Translations under genes and position numbers: made by a program
Shown here: positions 1 through 9,559 of the stretch, piece by piece
Layout of the letters: the number at the start of each line of letters is the position of its first letter
How positions within the stretch are numbered: the first letter of the stretch is position 1
Notes under the pieces: model-generated
Database searches by the model: none
What the model was told of the DNA's origin: nothing
The model's input: only the letters and a program-made list of their open reading frames with translations
Sequence record: NC_048792.1
Reading direction: 5' to 3' (one strand)
Length of the DNA: 64,000 nucleotides

Positions 1-1
1 G

Positions 2-370
2 GATATCTATCTCCAAAATGCTCCAACTGTTGTTTCCGATGAAAAGGATAAGGATGAAGTTTCCGAAATCCCTCCTGAGGTTATTGCTGCATGGGGTAAA
101 ATAAACTTCTCTCAATGGAAAATGAAAACGGCCATTGACGAGAAGGGAGAGAAAGCCAGATTGCACGTTGGTGTAATCGCGCAAGATATACAGAAGGCTT
201 TCCAGGAAGCTAATTTGGATGCCACGGATTACGGTATCTTAATTATCGAGAAAGACGAAGACGAGAACGAACAATGGATGGTTCGCATGGATGAGTGCCT
301 TGTACTAGAGGCCGCTTACCAGCGTAGTCGTTTGGATGAGATTGAGAAATTACTTAAAGGTAAGAAATAG
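2..370 (+). CDS. C-terminal end of a tail fibre/tailspike with a peptidase S74 intramolecular chaperone domain (5' truncated by the window)
   Basis: Frame is open from base 2: DIYLQNAPTVVSDEKDK...VIAAWGKINFSQWKMKTAIDEKGEKARLHVGVIAQ...WMVRMDECLVLEAAYQR, a typical S74 chaperone signature. Confidence 0.85.
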   Translation, partial: DIYLQNAPTVVSDEKDKDEVSEIPPEVIAAWGKINFSQWKMKTAIDEKGEKARLHVGVIAQDIQKAFQEANLDATDYGILIIEKDEDENEQWMVRMDECLVLEAAYQRSRLDEIEKLLKGKK

Positions 371-377
371 ACATAGC

Positions 378-397
378 GCGGAGGGGAAACCCTCCGC
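378..397 (+). terminator. Intrinsic terminator
   Basis: GCGGAGGG-GAAA-CCCTCCGC followed by CTATTTTGTT. Confidence 0.75.
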
Positions 398-409
398 CTA
401 TTTTGTTCC

Positions 410-414
410 TATGA
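410..414 (+). promoter_or_regulatory. Putative late promoter core (TATGA)
   Basis: GTTCCTATGAA upstream of the tailspike at 446; the same context recurs before other structural genes. Confidence 0.5.
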
Positions 415-445
415 AACATTACTCTCTTATACTAGGTGCAAACCC

Positions 446-2641
446 ATGGCCGATAATTTCAGCGGTATTAAGATTAGTCAGTTAGACGATCCTAATCGTA
501 TTAACGACAACGATATCATCCCGTTCACTAACGATGACATGGGCGATAAACAAACACGTAAAATAAAGTTAAGTGCCCTACGTGATCAGCTCAATTACGA
601 TAACGCTTTCCTAACCGTGCAGGAAGGTTTAGCCAACACTATCCCAGGACAGATCTTCCACGTATACGTTGACGACACTCAGTTAGAAGTCTACGCGTAC
701 CTTAACAGTAATGGTGCAGCAGAGATCGTCCAAGATGCGCAGGGTAATCCTTTTAAAGGACAAACCGCCAAAGCGCTGGACTTCATTCGTGGTGAGTTAG
801 GACTTACCATGATCGGTCACGTAAGTTCCTTTGCACGACTGCGCGAAATCAAACCTCCTTTCGAAGGTGCTATTGTAGAACTTCTGGGTTGGAACGAGGG
901 CTCCACTTACGGCGGTGGTCGTTTCCAAGGCAATCTGTCTACGGGAGCTGACGACAACGGTATTGTTGCGGCAGGCGACGGTTTCCACTGGCGTCGCATT
1001 AATGTCGACGAAGGCATTAACCCAGAGTGGTTCGGTTACGTGAATGGTTCAGGTAATGACGTATCCACTACGTTGAAACAAGCCATTGCTCAGGCGGTTA
1101 ACCTGAAACGTCCTGTTGTATTCCGCGATGGGGCTCAAATGAGTCTAGCGGTAGCAGGGATTGAAATTCCAGTAGGCGTTGATCTTACTGTGGCTAACGG
1201 TGGGAGAGCTTACTTTGAAATCACTCACGAAATCGAAACAACCGGACAGTTCCTTGTCAAAAGTAAAAACCGAATCTCCGGACTTGTCTTCAACTACCCG
1301 AAACAAACGAAAGACATCAATGCTAAGCCGATTGTGCGTTACGGACCTATTTTTGTCGGTGCTGGATTTTATTCTTCTTTCACGGGAATAAACGTAGGTA
1401 ACGCATACTACGGATTTAAGATCGGCGGTAATGACGAAGGCTCCGCATCGTACATCACGATGAAAGACATTAACGGCGCCCCTATCTATCGTGGAATTTC
1501 ACTTGACCGCGTTCTGGACATCCCTCGTATTTCTGATATCCATTGGAACTACAACATGTACCTGAACTCCGATCAGGACTACGCACCATCTCTGAAACAG
1601 TGGATCCATGAGAATGGTGAGGCGTTCCATTTTGGTCGTGTTGACTTTGCTGAGGTACAACGTATCTTTGCATTCGGGTACAGTAAAGGTATCTTCCTGA
1701 GAGGTGAGCGTTATGCGGGGAGCGCTGATTCCATTCGCTTCACGGGTTGCGATATGGACATCTGTGTTAACCCTATCTACGCTCAGAACTTTAGTGGTCA
1801 GTTAGTTATTCGTAACGGTAAGTTCACGGGTAACGGTAATAACCTGAATGGGTTGACTGCGCCGGCTAACGGTTGTTTCAACTACTTCCAACGCGTGTCT
1901 CCGTATGCACGAGTCATCTTGGATTCAGTTACCATGAACAACTACGACCGCGATGCTATTCGTACGGGTAACGACACGATCATCAGTAACAGTAAGATCT
2001 ACTCTTACGGCTTGGATAAACAACAACGTGCAGCAGTAGCTATCATTACCGATAGCAATGCGTCGTTGACTGTAGATGCCTGTTACTTCGATGCTACTGG
2101 TCAACAGAACCGCGGTATTACAGGTATCAGTACTACTGGTCAGCTGCTAATCACTAACGGTACTCAAATCCTTAACGCTTCGTTAGAAGGGTATCGTTGG
2201 TTAACCGGTTTTGCACTAGTTGAAGAAGGTTGTCGTATCGATGGCCCATCTCGTAACATCAACACGTTCATCACCAATGTCCGTCGCACCATGTACACGG
2301 ATAATCTCCCTACCGCAGGCGGTGGATGGATTCGCGGCGATAAAGCGATGTTGACTAACCCCGGTATCGGTACCCAGGCAACCCAGGGCACCTACACTAT
2401 CCTGGGCTGGATACGCATCACTGCCTCTAATGCCGAAGGTACCAACCACGTATTAGGTGTTGACTGGTTAGAGATCAGATCTCAAATTGAACCTGTTCCT
2501 AAGTTCAGTTCAGCGGGCAGTGCACGCCCAGCGGTAACTGCCATTGGCTATTACTTCTTCGACACCACATTAGGTAAACCAATTTATCTCAAATCTGCTA
2601 ACCCAGCTGTTTGGGTTGATGGCAACGGTAACCCTGTTTAA
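446..2641 (+). CDS. Tailspike/tail fibre, putative beta-helix depolymerase (731 aa)
   Basis: N-terminal KISQL...LRDQLNYDNAF module shared with paralogues; LREIKP...GGGRF...DDNG...WRR head module; beta-helix-like repeats; C-terminal RPAVTAIGYYFFDTTLGKPIY motif. Confidence 0.85.
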   Translation: MADNFSGIKISQLDDPNRINDNDIIPFTNDDMGDKQTRKIKLSALRDQLNYDNAFLTVQEGLANTIPGQIFHVYVDDTQLEVYAYLNSNGAAEIVQDAQGNPFKGQTAKALDFIRGELGLTMIGHVSSFARLREIKPPFEGAIVELLGWNEGSTYGGGRFQGNLSTGADDNGIVAAGDGFHWRRINVDEGINPEWFGYVNGSGNDVSTTLKQAIAQAVNLKRPVVFRDGAQMSLAVAGIEIPVGVDLTVANGGRAYFEITHEIETTGQFLVKSKNRISGLVFNYPKQTKDINAKPIVRYGPIFVGAGFYSSFTGINVGNAYYGFKIGGNDEGSASYITMKDINGAPIYRGISLDRVLDIPRISDIHWNYNMYLNSDQDYAPSLKQWIHENGEAFHFGRVDFAEVQRIFAFGYSKGIFLRGERYAGSADSIRFTGCDMDICVNPIYAQNFSGQLVIRNGKFTGNGNNLNGLTAPANGCFNYFQRVSPYARVILDSVTMNNYDRDAIRTGNDTIISNSKIYSYGLDKQQRAAVAIITDSNASLTVDACYFDATGQQNRGITGISTTGQLLITNGTQILNASLEGYRWLTGFALVEEGCRIDGPSRNINTFITNVRRTMYTDNLPTAGGGWIRGDKAMLTNPGIGTQATQGTYTILGWIRITASNAEGTNHVLGVDWLEIRSQIEPVPKFSSAGSARPAVTAIGYYFFDTTLGKPIYLKSANPAVWVDGNGNPV

Positions 2642-2653
2642 TAAGGTATTAAA

Positions 2654-4843
2654 ATGAGCGATTACAGCGCTAAGATTACGGAACTACCTGGTGGTTCTAA
2701 AGTAAGGGAAAGCAGCCTACTGCCATTGGCAACGGCTAAGACAGCAGGTGGAATAACTGAGAAGTTTACCGTAGCGCAGCTTCGTAAGGGACTGAACTAC
2801 GAGAACGCGTACAATACCTTAGCCGAAGCCATTCCTGATACGGTACAAGGCGAGGTGTTCTTCGTATTCACTGGGCCAGACAAAACTGCGGTAGCTGAGT
2901 ACCTTCGTGGCGCCAGCGGTGCAGGGCAGGTGTTGGATGAGGCAGGGACTCCTGTAGTCCACTTGACTCCAAAAGGGCTGGCGTCTTATCGCGTCATCCC
3001 TAACATGGCTACCCTGCGTACCACTAAGCCAAAGAACCCTAACGAAATTGTTGAGGTCACCGAGTATTACACCGGTAAAATGAATGGCGGCGGCCGCTTT
3101 GTATCTGCGGTTAATACGACCGTACCCGACGACGGTGGTTACACCACGATTCGTGTTGATGAGAATACCGTATGGTATCGTCAGGATCTGCGTGCGTTGA
3201 CTCTGTGGGATGGTGGTTGTGATAACTCGGTAGCGGATAACGGTCCGTTCATCCAGAACATCCAATACTCCCGTTCTTTGCAACCGATCAAGGTGCCGAG
3301 TCAGTACTTCGGTATCCGTACGCCAATCGTAATCAAAGCTAACAAAGGGTTTGCTTTGTACGCAGATGGTGCCCATACTGGTCGTGCTGTACTGCAATGG
3401 ATGGGTGGTGACTTTAATGACGATACCACTGCAGTTCTGAGCATTACTGTAGACAATCCTACTGACTTCACTTACTCAGGTGTAGTTCTGAAGGGATTCT
3501 CTATCTTGGGTGGCGGTAAAGTCCTACACGGCCTCTACATGCGTAACGTAGGTTACCCTGAGATTGATAGCCTTAAGATCGAGAACTTCAAAGGGGCTGG
3601 TCTTCTGCTCGACCAAGTTCAGGATGGTTACTTCAACTTCCTGGAAGTGCAAGTCTGCGGACGTACCTCAGGGGACTATGGCGTTTACGCTGATCTGGTT
3701 AACTTGAGCAAGACTCAATTCGCACCAATCCACATCATCTCCAGTAAGTCAGGCGATGCATCTAACATGTTGCGTTTCCAAGGCGGCCAGTGGGAAGCTA
3801 ATAACTGTTCCCCTACTGTCTACTATCGTGGCGGTATTGGTCTGTGGATCTCCAAGATCCACTGCGAACAACGTAACGGTCCGATGAGTAAGTTTAAACT
3901 CTACGATCCTAACTTTGTCATGGACACCAGTCCTGAGAAAGCGGGTCGTGTGTTTATCCAAGTAGACGGTTCCAGTTCATCTGAAGTCATGTTGGATCAG
4001 ATGCAGTCTTCTGAAACCGAACGTTTCGTTTACGCCGGTGGTTACGGTGTGGTCATGATCACGAACACAACGCGAGGGGGCGGTATTTGTTTAGCCTCTG
4101 CCAACCGTGAGTTTGCCATGACCATTACCAATAGCTGGTTGACCGACTGCTACTTTGGCCCGTCTTCTCGGGTATGGATCGACAACTGTCGTCTTGGTAA
4201 CCTGACCTGGTCTTACCCGTCTTATACTGGACTGATTTCCAACACCATGATGAAAGACGTCGTCATGAACAACGATGGCTCTTTCCCGGATATCAACTTC
4301 AACAACTGTATCTTCGATAACTTCACTAACTACGTGAAGAACGTTCGTGTTACTGGCGGACACTGTAAAGGTAACTTCTCCTTCAACGCCTCTGGCGGCG
4401 GCGGTGCAGTAATCGGTACAGTTATTGATGGTACGTTGAGTGTTGATACCAAGTGGGGGATTGACTTCCGTCCTTCTGGCGCGGTGATGAACCAAGTTTA
4501 CTCAAATAACGCCCCTACTGAACAAGCACCTAACGGCACTCGTCCAAACGGATCTATCTGGATTAACAAGAACGTAGTTGCCAACGCACCTGACGGTACA
4601 CCGTTCTCTTGGGTTAAGGATGCTGCTGGTAAATGGGTACCGTACGCTTTCACTGGTGCCTTTGCTAACGGCGTGGTGGCGAAAGAATACACCTTCGCTA
4701 ATCTACCAGCCCCATCTAGCTGCAAACGTGCGATTGTTACCTGCACTGACTCAGCGAAAACGCCTAAAGACCAACTGGTTTATTCTGATGGCGCTAACTG
4801 GCGTTACGTGGCCGATCCTGCCACTGTAGTAACTAAAGGATAG
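2654..4843 (+). CDS. Tailspike/tail fibre, putative beta-helix depolymerase (729 aa)
   Basis: Same N-terminal modules (KITELP...LRKGLNYENAY; GGGRF...DDGG...WYR); beta-helix-like core; C-terminal YTFANLP...YSDGANWR fibre motif. Confidence 0.85.
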   Translation: MSDYSAKITELPGGSKVRESSLLPLATAKTAGGITEKFTVAQLRKGLNYENAYNTLAEAIPDTVQGEVFFVFTGPDKTAVAEYLRGASGAGQVLDEAGTPVVHLTPKGLASYRVIPNMATLRTTKPKNPNEIVEVTEYYTGKMNGGGRFVSAVNTTVPDDGGYTTIRVDENTVWYRQDLRALTLWDGGCDNSVADNGPFIQNIQYSRSLQPIKVPSQYFGIRTPIVIKANKGFALYADGAHTGRAVLQWMGGDFNDDTTAVLSITVDNPTDFTYSGVVLKGFSILGGGKVLHGLYMRNVGYPEIDSLKIENFKGAGLLLDQVQDGYFNFLEVQVCGRTSGDYGVYADLVNLSKTQFAPIHIISSKSGDASNMLRFQGGQWEANNCSPTVYYRGGIGLWISKIHCEQRNGPMSKFKLYDPNFVMDTSPEKAGRVFIQVDGSSSSEVMLDQMQSSETERFVYAGGYGVVMITNTTRGGGICLASANREFAMTITNSWLTDCYFGPSSRVWIDNCRLGNLTWSYPSYTGLISNTMMKDVVMNNDGSFPDINFNNCIFDNFTNYVKNVRVTGGHCKGNFSFNASGGGGAVIGTVIDGTLSVDTKWGIDFRPSGAVMNQVYSNNAPTEQAPNGTRPNGSIWINKNVVANAPDGTPFSWVKDAAGKWVPYAFTGAFANGVVAKEYTFANLPAPSSCKRAIVTCTDSAKTPKDQLVYSDGANWRYVADPATVVTKG

Positions 4844-4850
4844 TACAGGT

Positions 4851-4880
4851 CCCCTTGGCAGTACTAACGCTGCCAAGGGG
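4851..4880 (+). terminator. Intrinsic terminator/hairpin
   Basis: CCCCTTGGCAG-8 nt-CTGCCAAGGGG followed by CTTTAT. Confidence 0.7.
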
Positions 4881-4896
4881 CTTTATATCGCGTTTC

Positions 4897-4901
4897 TATG
4901 A
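4897..4901 (+). promoter_or_regulatory. Putative late promoter core (TATGA)
   Basis: TTTCTATGAG, 34 nt upstream of the start at 4935. Confidence 0.5.
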
Positions 4902-4934
4902 GATCTCCATAATTCGCATTAAGGTAACCTGGAC

Positions 4935-6953
4935 ATGAGCGAATATCAGAAGAAAATAACTGAACTTCCGGCTAAAGCAACAGTGGGTGAAAATGATGTT
5001 TTCCCCACAGCCGACAAAAACGACACTAGTAAAGTTACCCTAAACCAAATCCGTGAATCTATCTGGTTCAAAAACGCATTCCCCGACTTAGCCTCAGGGA
5101 TCGCGGGGACTGAGGTAGACGGTGTCTTCTATGTCTTTACTGACGATTCTAAACTTAATGTAAACGAATATATTCGAACTTCCGGCGGCGCGGTCGCCAT
5201 TCAAGATGCCGACGGTAACCCGGTCAGATTGCCCACTAGTAATCTAATCAGTTACATGGGAACTGAACTGGCGTATGGCATGATGCCACAAGTTAATAGC
5301 TTCGATCTATTGCGTAAGTTGAAGCCTATTAACGACGGATTCAGGATAGTTCTGAGAGCCTATTACGAAGACAATACTGCAGGAGGCGGTGAGTTCATCG
5401 GACGCATTGGCACGGCAAAGGATAATGGAGGTACCATCGCTGCGGGTACTGGTTACTACTGGCAACGCGTGGATAGTACCGAATTAACTCCAGAGATGTT
5501 CGGAGCCTATGGCGATGGTCAGCACGACGATGACCGTGCTGTGCAATCCGCTTTGAACGTAGTACAGAACAAAGATGTTGCTATTATCGATGGTAAAGGT
5601 AATTATCGTTTCGGCGCGCCGATTAAAATCTTCGGATTCGGCAAAGGGCTTAACTTAAAGCTCCGTACGATTACGACTAATGCCGATAAATACACCTTTA
5701 CCGATTGGAAAACGGCCAGTCCGCTAATCCAGATAGGCGATGCCTCCAATAACGGTTCGATGGTTGGTTTAAATATTAATATCGACTGGGTTGATGGCGG
5801 GAGTGTGACCGATGTGGTTCAGGTAGTCAATTACGGTTGCGGCGGTTCCCATATCCACATAGAGCGAATGATCAACGTAGTTAATGGAGTCAGTACCCCA
5901 GGTATAAAATTCCCTTCTTCGTCGGTGATGATAACCGGTGGATACTGGAGCGCTGGGTTAGGTCAGGGTATCCGTATCGGTAAAGTTAGTGCGGCCAATA
6001 CTTACACCAACGAAGGTTGGATAGTAGATGTTAACTTTATTACCGGTTTTCGCATGGGCGGTATCTATAGTACCAACGGCGGTATGTTCCTTAACATTCG
6101 TGGGCAAAGTGACTTCTGCGGACGTTTCTTGTCTCGTGTTAGTTTTGATACTAGTACCGGACTGAACGCCGGCGACTCGGTAACTTTCAACGATAAAGTT
6201 TATGAGGTTATCGCCGCTTATCAGAAAGTTAAAGGTACTTTCTCTCTTCTTTTGAACGAAGGTGTGAACGTTTCCTCCGTGGGATCCTCATTCAAAGTTG
6301 GCGATACTGTTACGATTGGCGCGAACACATTGACCGTAACAGAAGTACTTACCCCTGGAACCAGTAACTGGTACCCTGACGTTATCCATGATTACTACAA
6401 CAGCGCCGGCATGGGCCGTTGTAAAATAGATATGCCGTACTGCGGTGGGGTAGAGGGTAGTTTCCTTTATAGCTCAGATATCTGGTGCGGTAACTCCGAC
6501 ATCGCCAGACCGAAACAAATGTTGGGTCATGGGTACACTCACTCTGGCACGATCGCTACTTGGTGGGATACTTACCTTAACCGTCAGATCATGGATGTTA
6601 ACGATTCCTACATTGCCCCATATCGACATTTAAACATGCGAACTAATCGCATTTTTGGTGTCGAGGTTTACAAGGCTCTGGCCAAAGTAACTACCAGCGC
6701 GGTTAGAACGTTCGCTAAGGCGGGCGACGGTACGGTCCCATCCGTACGTGAGAAGTGGGTAATCGAGTATACTGGGACGTTAATGGGCGTATATGGTAAG
6801 TACGAAGTTTATGTTGGTAACTCTTCATTGGAGTTAGTTAAGATCTACGCCGACAATATTGTCACGTTAAGTATCAGTGGCATGACTATCAACGCAGTAC
6901 AGGGTGCCCAGGATACCCTCATCACCACTTTTAACCTACAGCGTATTTTCTAA
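4935..6953 (+). CDS. Tailspike/tail fibre, putative depolymerase (672 aa)
   Basis: Same N-terminal modules (KITELP; LLRKLKP...GGGEF...DNGG...YYWQR) and TPEMFGAYGDGQHDD pectate-lyase-like entry motif. Confidence 0.85.
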   Translation: MSEYQKKITELPAKATVGENDVFPTADKNDTSKVTLNQIRESIWFKNAFPDLASGIAGTEVDGVFYVFTDDSKLNVNEYIRTSGGAVAIQDADGNPVRLPTSNLISYMGTELAYGMMPQVNSFDLLRKLKPINDGFRIVLRAYYEDNTAGGGEFIGRIGTAKDNGGTIAAGTGYYWQRVDSTELTPEMFGAYGDGQHDDDRAVQSALNVVQNKDVAIIDGKGNYRFGAPIKIFGFGKGLNLKLRTITTNADKYTFTDWKTASPLIQIGDASNNGSMVGLNINIDWVDGGSVTDVVQVVNYGCGGSHIHIERMINVVNGVSTPGIKFPSSSVMITGGYWSAGLGQGIRIGKVSAANTYTNEGWIVDVNFITGFRMGGIYSTNGGMFLNIRGQSDFCGRFLSRVSFDTSTGLNAGDSVTFNDKVYEVIAAYQKVKGTFSLLLNEGVNVSSVGSSFKVGDTVTIGANTLTVTEVLTPGTSNWYPDVIHDYYNSAGMGRCKIDMPYCGGVEGSFLYSSDIWCGNSDIARPKQMLGHGYTHSGTIATWWDTYLNRQIMDVNDSYIAPYRHLNMRTNRIFGVEVYKALAKVTTSAVRTFAKAGDGTVPSVREKWVIEYTGTLMGVYGKYEVYVGNSSLELVKIYADNIVTLSISGMTINAVQGAQDTLITTFNLQRIF

Positions 6954-6962
6954 GGACGTCGA

Positions 6963-7250
6963 ATGTACATCAAAGGGTTCTTCCCAATCACTGTAAACGA
7001 TGATAAAGGGGACGTTATTAAACTAACGTACGATGAGGCAGTTTGCGATATTATCTCGGCCGATCCGTTGGGCGAGGATATATACGCTACTCTCTGTATC
7101 TACTCCGATGTTACTCGTGAAACTCCGGTCTTTAACTTCACAGCTACGGTTTCTGCTGCGGGGGTTACTGATCAGAATATAGCCGAATTGAAGATATTCG
7201 AAGAGGCCATCAATAACGTCTGTCACGGTTTTACTTACGTTAAAGATTGA
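6963..7250 (+). CDS. Small protein after a tailspike, possible fibre assembly chaperone (95 aa)
   Basis: SD AAGGA; acidic small ORF directly after the tailspike; function inferred from position only. Confidence 0.55.
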   Translation: MYIKGFFPITVNDDKGDVIKLTYDEAVCDIISADPLGEDIYATLCIYSDVTRETPVFNFTATVSAAGVTDQNIAELKIFEEAINNVCHGFTYVKD

Positions 7251-7266
7251 ACGTAAATAAGGTAGT

Positions 7267-7294
7267 CTCAGAGCACGATTTTTCGTGCTCTGAG
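7267..7294 (+). terminator. Hairpin/terminator
   Basis: CTCAGAGCACGA-TTTT-TCGTGCTCTGAG, a 12-bp stem that shows the ORF-track start at 7247 is not the real start. Confidence 0.7.
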
Positions 7295-7303
7295 CTATCT
7301 TCT

Positions 7304-7308
7304 TATGA
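7304..7308 (+). promoter_or_regulatory. Putative late promoter core (TATGA)
   Basis: TTCTTATGAA between the hairpin and the ATG at 7340. Confidence 0.5.
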
Positions 7309-7339
7309 ATATCTACAGCCTTACAATAGGACTAAAAAC

Positions 7340-9157
7340 ATGGCAATCACTGGCATTGGGGCGGAGAACACCAGGACTTACCCTGTAGAGAATATCACAG
7401 CATTACGTGCAGTCGTACCTCAAGCAGATGGTCAGTTATTTGAAATGGTCGGAGCTCCGATCGATAACGGTACAGGGCGTAACCAAAAAGGTGGCGTGTT
7501 CCGTTACTACGCAGATCTCAACATCGCTGATTATCCAGATGACGGCGGTTATTTTATTAAACCGGGAGCGGGCACTGGTGTTCTGATTCGTCAGCACGAA
7601 CCTAACGAGTTCTTTGTTGATTGGTGGATCACTTCCCCAGATACGGACTTCGCGTTCGCTATGACTCGCCTGCAGGCTTGTCTGGTTAAATTAAACCTGG
7701 ACTACCCTGTATTAGTCAGAGCAACTGGTCCAACTTACAAGTTGGCTTCTACGTTGAATATCGACGTTACTTACGCCGACTATAACTTCGAAGATTGTAA
7801 ATTCATCTGGACAACTAACCCAGCAGTTGCAGTGCAGTTCTCAGCGTCTAAAGACGTTGGACCTAAACGAGTCATCGTTTCTCCTCGTACCTATTTCCGA
7901 GGCGGTATCTTCGCAGGTGCTGGCGGGGTAGCTAAGGGAACTAACGTAGGGTTCGATTGTACCTTTGCTCGCGGTAACATTGCAGGGGTAAACTTCGAGA
8001 ACGTGACGATCACTGGGTTTGACCGTACCGTTTCTTACGGTTCGAATGCGTACATGTATAGCTGGACAGGGTGTCGTTTCGGTGGTGGTGTTGCAATCCA
8101 CACCAAAGCTAATGCCAGTAACTTCGGCGAAAACATGAACTACCATAACTGCATATTCGGCGATATGTATCGGTTCATGGATATGGATACTGGCGGTGGT
8201 TTCTACTTCCATAACTGTAGTTTCGACTATAGTGGCGAGAATGACGCTGCGGTTCCATTATTCCGGGTATCTGGCCAAATCAACTTCAATAGCTGTCACT
8301 TTGAATGGGGTAACGCCAACCGACCTAACTCCGGTAACTCGGTGTTCCGTTTAGGCGGTGATTCCACTTACGTAGTTATTCGCGACGGTATTATCTTACT
8401 TAACGATAATGCGGCTACGGTGCATGACTATTGGTTTAACTTCGGTAGCGCAGGAGCGGCAGCGGCGATCCTCGATACTTACGTTTACGGCGCACGGTTT
8501 AGTAAGGCATGGGGCTCTCGCGATTTCGAGATGAAGATCAAGACTAATGGTAACGGGAATACACCTAACGTACCTGCCAACATTACGTCTAAACGTACAG
8601 AAGCCTCATTGCTGATCGACCCAACTATGAATGACGTAACTTTACCTGATTTCTGGACAGTGGGCGAATTTGATGGAACTGATGCTACGCGTACTCGTTT
8701 GAAATCGCCTAGTCGTCAAGTTGTCGCTAACGGGGATGGTACTGTTACTTTCGTAACATTGGCTAAGTCGAACGAACAGCCAGGTATGCTCTTCCCAGTA
8801 AACGATTTAGAAGTACCGGTAATTAACTTCGATTATAAAGTGAAACATACCCCTGCCAACTTCAACGCATTCGTTACGTGGTTCTGGACTCGAGTGGAAG
8901 GTGACACCCGTGGCTACCGGGTAGTGAAGCGTGTTCAGGCGACAATGCTTGGTCAGCAAACTCTGACGCAGAACCCAGACTTCCAGTCGGCAGTTCCTAC
9001 TTCGGCCTATACTTTCCGTTGGCCGATTAAACCACGTTGGGCTACTCACATGGAGTTCAGGATTAACATGTCTCAGTTTGAAGCAGCTTCCGATGGAACA
9101 CCTAACGGGGTAACTATCCGGAACCTTTACCACAACTACTTTAACAGCTCAATGTAG
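7340..9157 (+). CDS. Tailspike, putative depolymerase (colanidase-like by recall), lacking the first N-terminal anchor module
   Basis: ATG 7340 with SD AGGA; ALRAVVP...GGVF...DDGGYF head module; NFGENMNYHNCIF core; C-terminal PRWATHMEF shared with 59812..61989. Confidence 0.8.
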   Translation: MAITGIGAENTRTYPVENITALRAVVPQADGQLFEMVGAPIDNGTGRNQKGGVFRYYADLNIADYPDDGGYFIKPGAGTGVLIRQHEPNEFFVDWWITSPDTDFAFAMTRLQACLVKLNLDYPVLVRATGPTYKLASTLNIDVTYADYNFEDCKFIWTTNPAVAVQFSASKDVGPKRVIVSPRTYFRGGIFAGAGGVAKGTNVGFDCTFARGNIAGVNFENVTITGFDRTVSYGSNAYMYSWTGCRFGGGVAIHTKANASNFGENMNYHNCIFGDMYRFMDMDTGGGFYFHNCSFDYSGENDAAVPLFRVSGQINFNSCHFEWGNANRPNSGNSVFRLGGDSTYVVIRDGIILLNDNAATVHDYWFNFGSAGAAAAILDTYVYGARFSKAWGSRDFEMKIKTNGNGNTPNVPANITSKRTEASLLIDPTMNDVTLPDFWTVGEFDGTDATRTRLKSPSRQVVANGDGTVTFVTLAKSNEQPGMLFPVNDLEVPVINFDYKVKHTPANFNAFVTWFWTRVEGDTRGYRVVKRVQATMLGQQTLTQNPDFQSAVPTSAYTFRWPIKPRWATHMEFRINMSQFEAASDGTPNGVTIRNLYHNYFNSSM

Positions 9158-9185
9158 TTTTGGCCATTTCCAAATAATTTGAGAT

Positions 9186-9204
9186 CTATATACCCCGTGT
9201 GAAT
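9186..9204 (+). promoter_or_regulatory. Early promoter motif (variant)
   Basis: CTATAT-ACC-CCGTG-TGAAT aligns with the CTATATyAC-N5-TGAAT consensus. Confidence 0.6.
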
Positions 9205-9290
9205 AAGGAGATAAGACACCTATATTCATTCACTTTAACTTAACAGTGTTAGGTCAACCTTCCGGAAAAAGCTAGACCAAAACATTATAC

Positions 9291-9316
9291 GAGCAGGGGA
9301 TTAATTTCCCCTGCTC
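9291..9316 (+). terminator. Intrinsic terminator, TTAATT loop
   Basis: GAGCAGGGGA-TTAATT-TCCCCTGCTC-TATTTT. Confidence 0.75.
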
Positions 9317-9347
9317 TATTTTCCATTTTAATAAAAAGGAGCAACAC

Positions 9348-9551
9348 TTGCAAACTCAAGCTATGTCATTTAACGAAGCCTACAACATGCTGGCTAATAC
9401 TTATCTTAAACGCGGCATTGATATCAGTCGCACAATTAAATGCAACTGCGCCCATTGTGGCGAGGTTCACGACCGTCTCGCTACTGTGCCTTTGACCGGT
9501 AACGAGATTTGCTTCCAGTGCACTTATCGTAAACTGACAGAATCCAAATAG
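9348..9551 (+). CDS. Small Zn-finger-like protein
   Basis: SD AAGGAG with TTG start; CAHC...CFQC motifs. Confidence 0.7.
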   Translation: MQTQAMSFNEAYNMLANTYLKRGIDISRTIKCNCAHCGEVHDRLATVPLTGNEICFQCTYRKLTESK

Positions 9552-9559
9552 GAGATGTC

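Noticed and set aside
2819-4495. Minus-strand ORFs 2819..3397 and 4091..4495 inside a tailspike
   Set aside because: Antisense artefacts with no translation signals
7247-7339. ORF-track N-terminal extensions (7247, also 16502 and 38558)
   Set aside because: They run through terminator or promoter elements; downstream starts at 7340, 16595 and 38672 have proper SD sites
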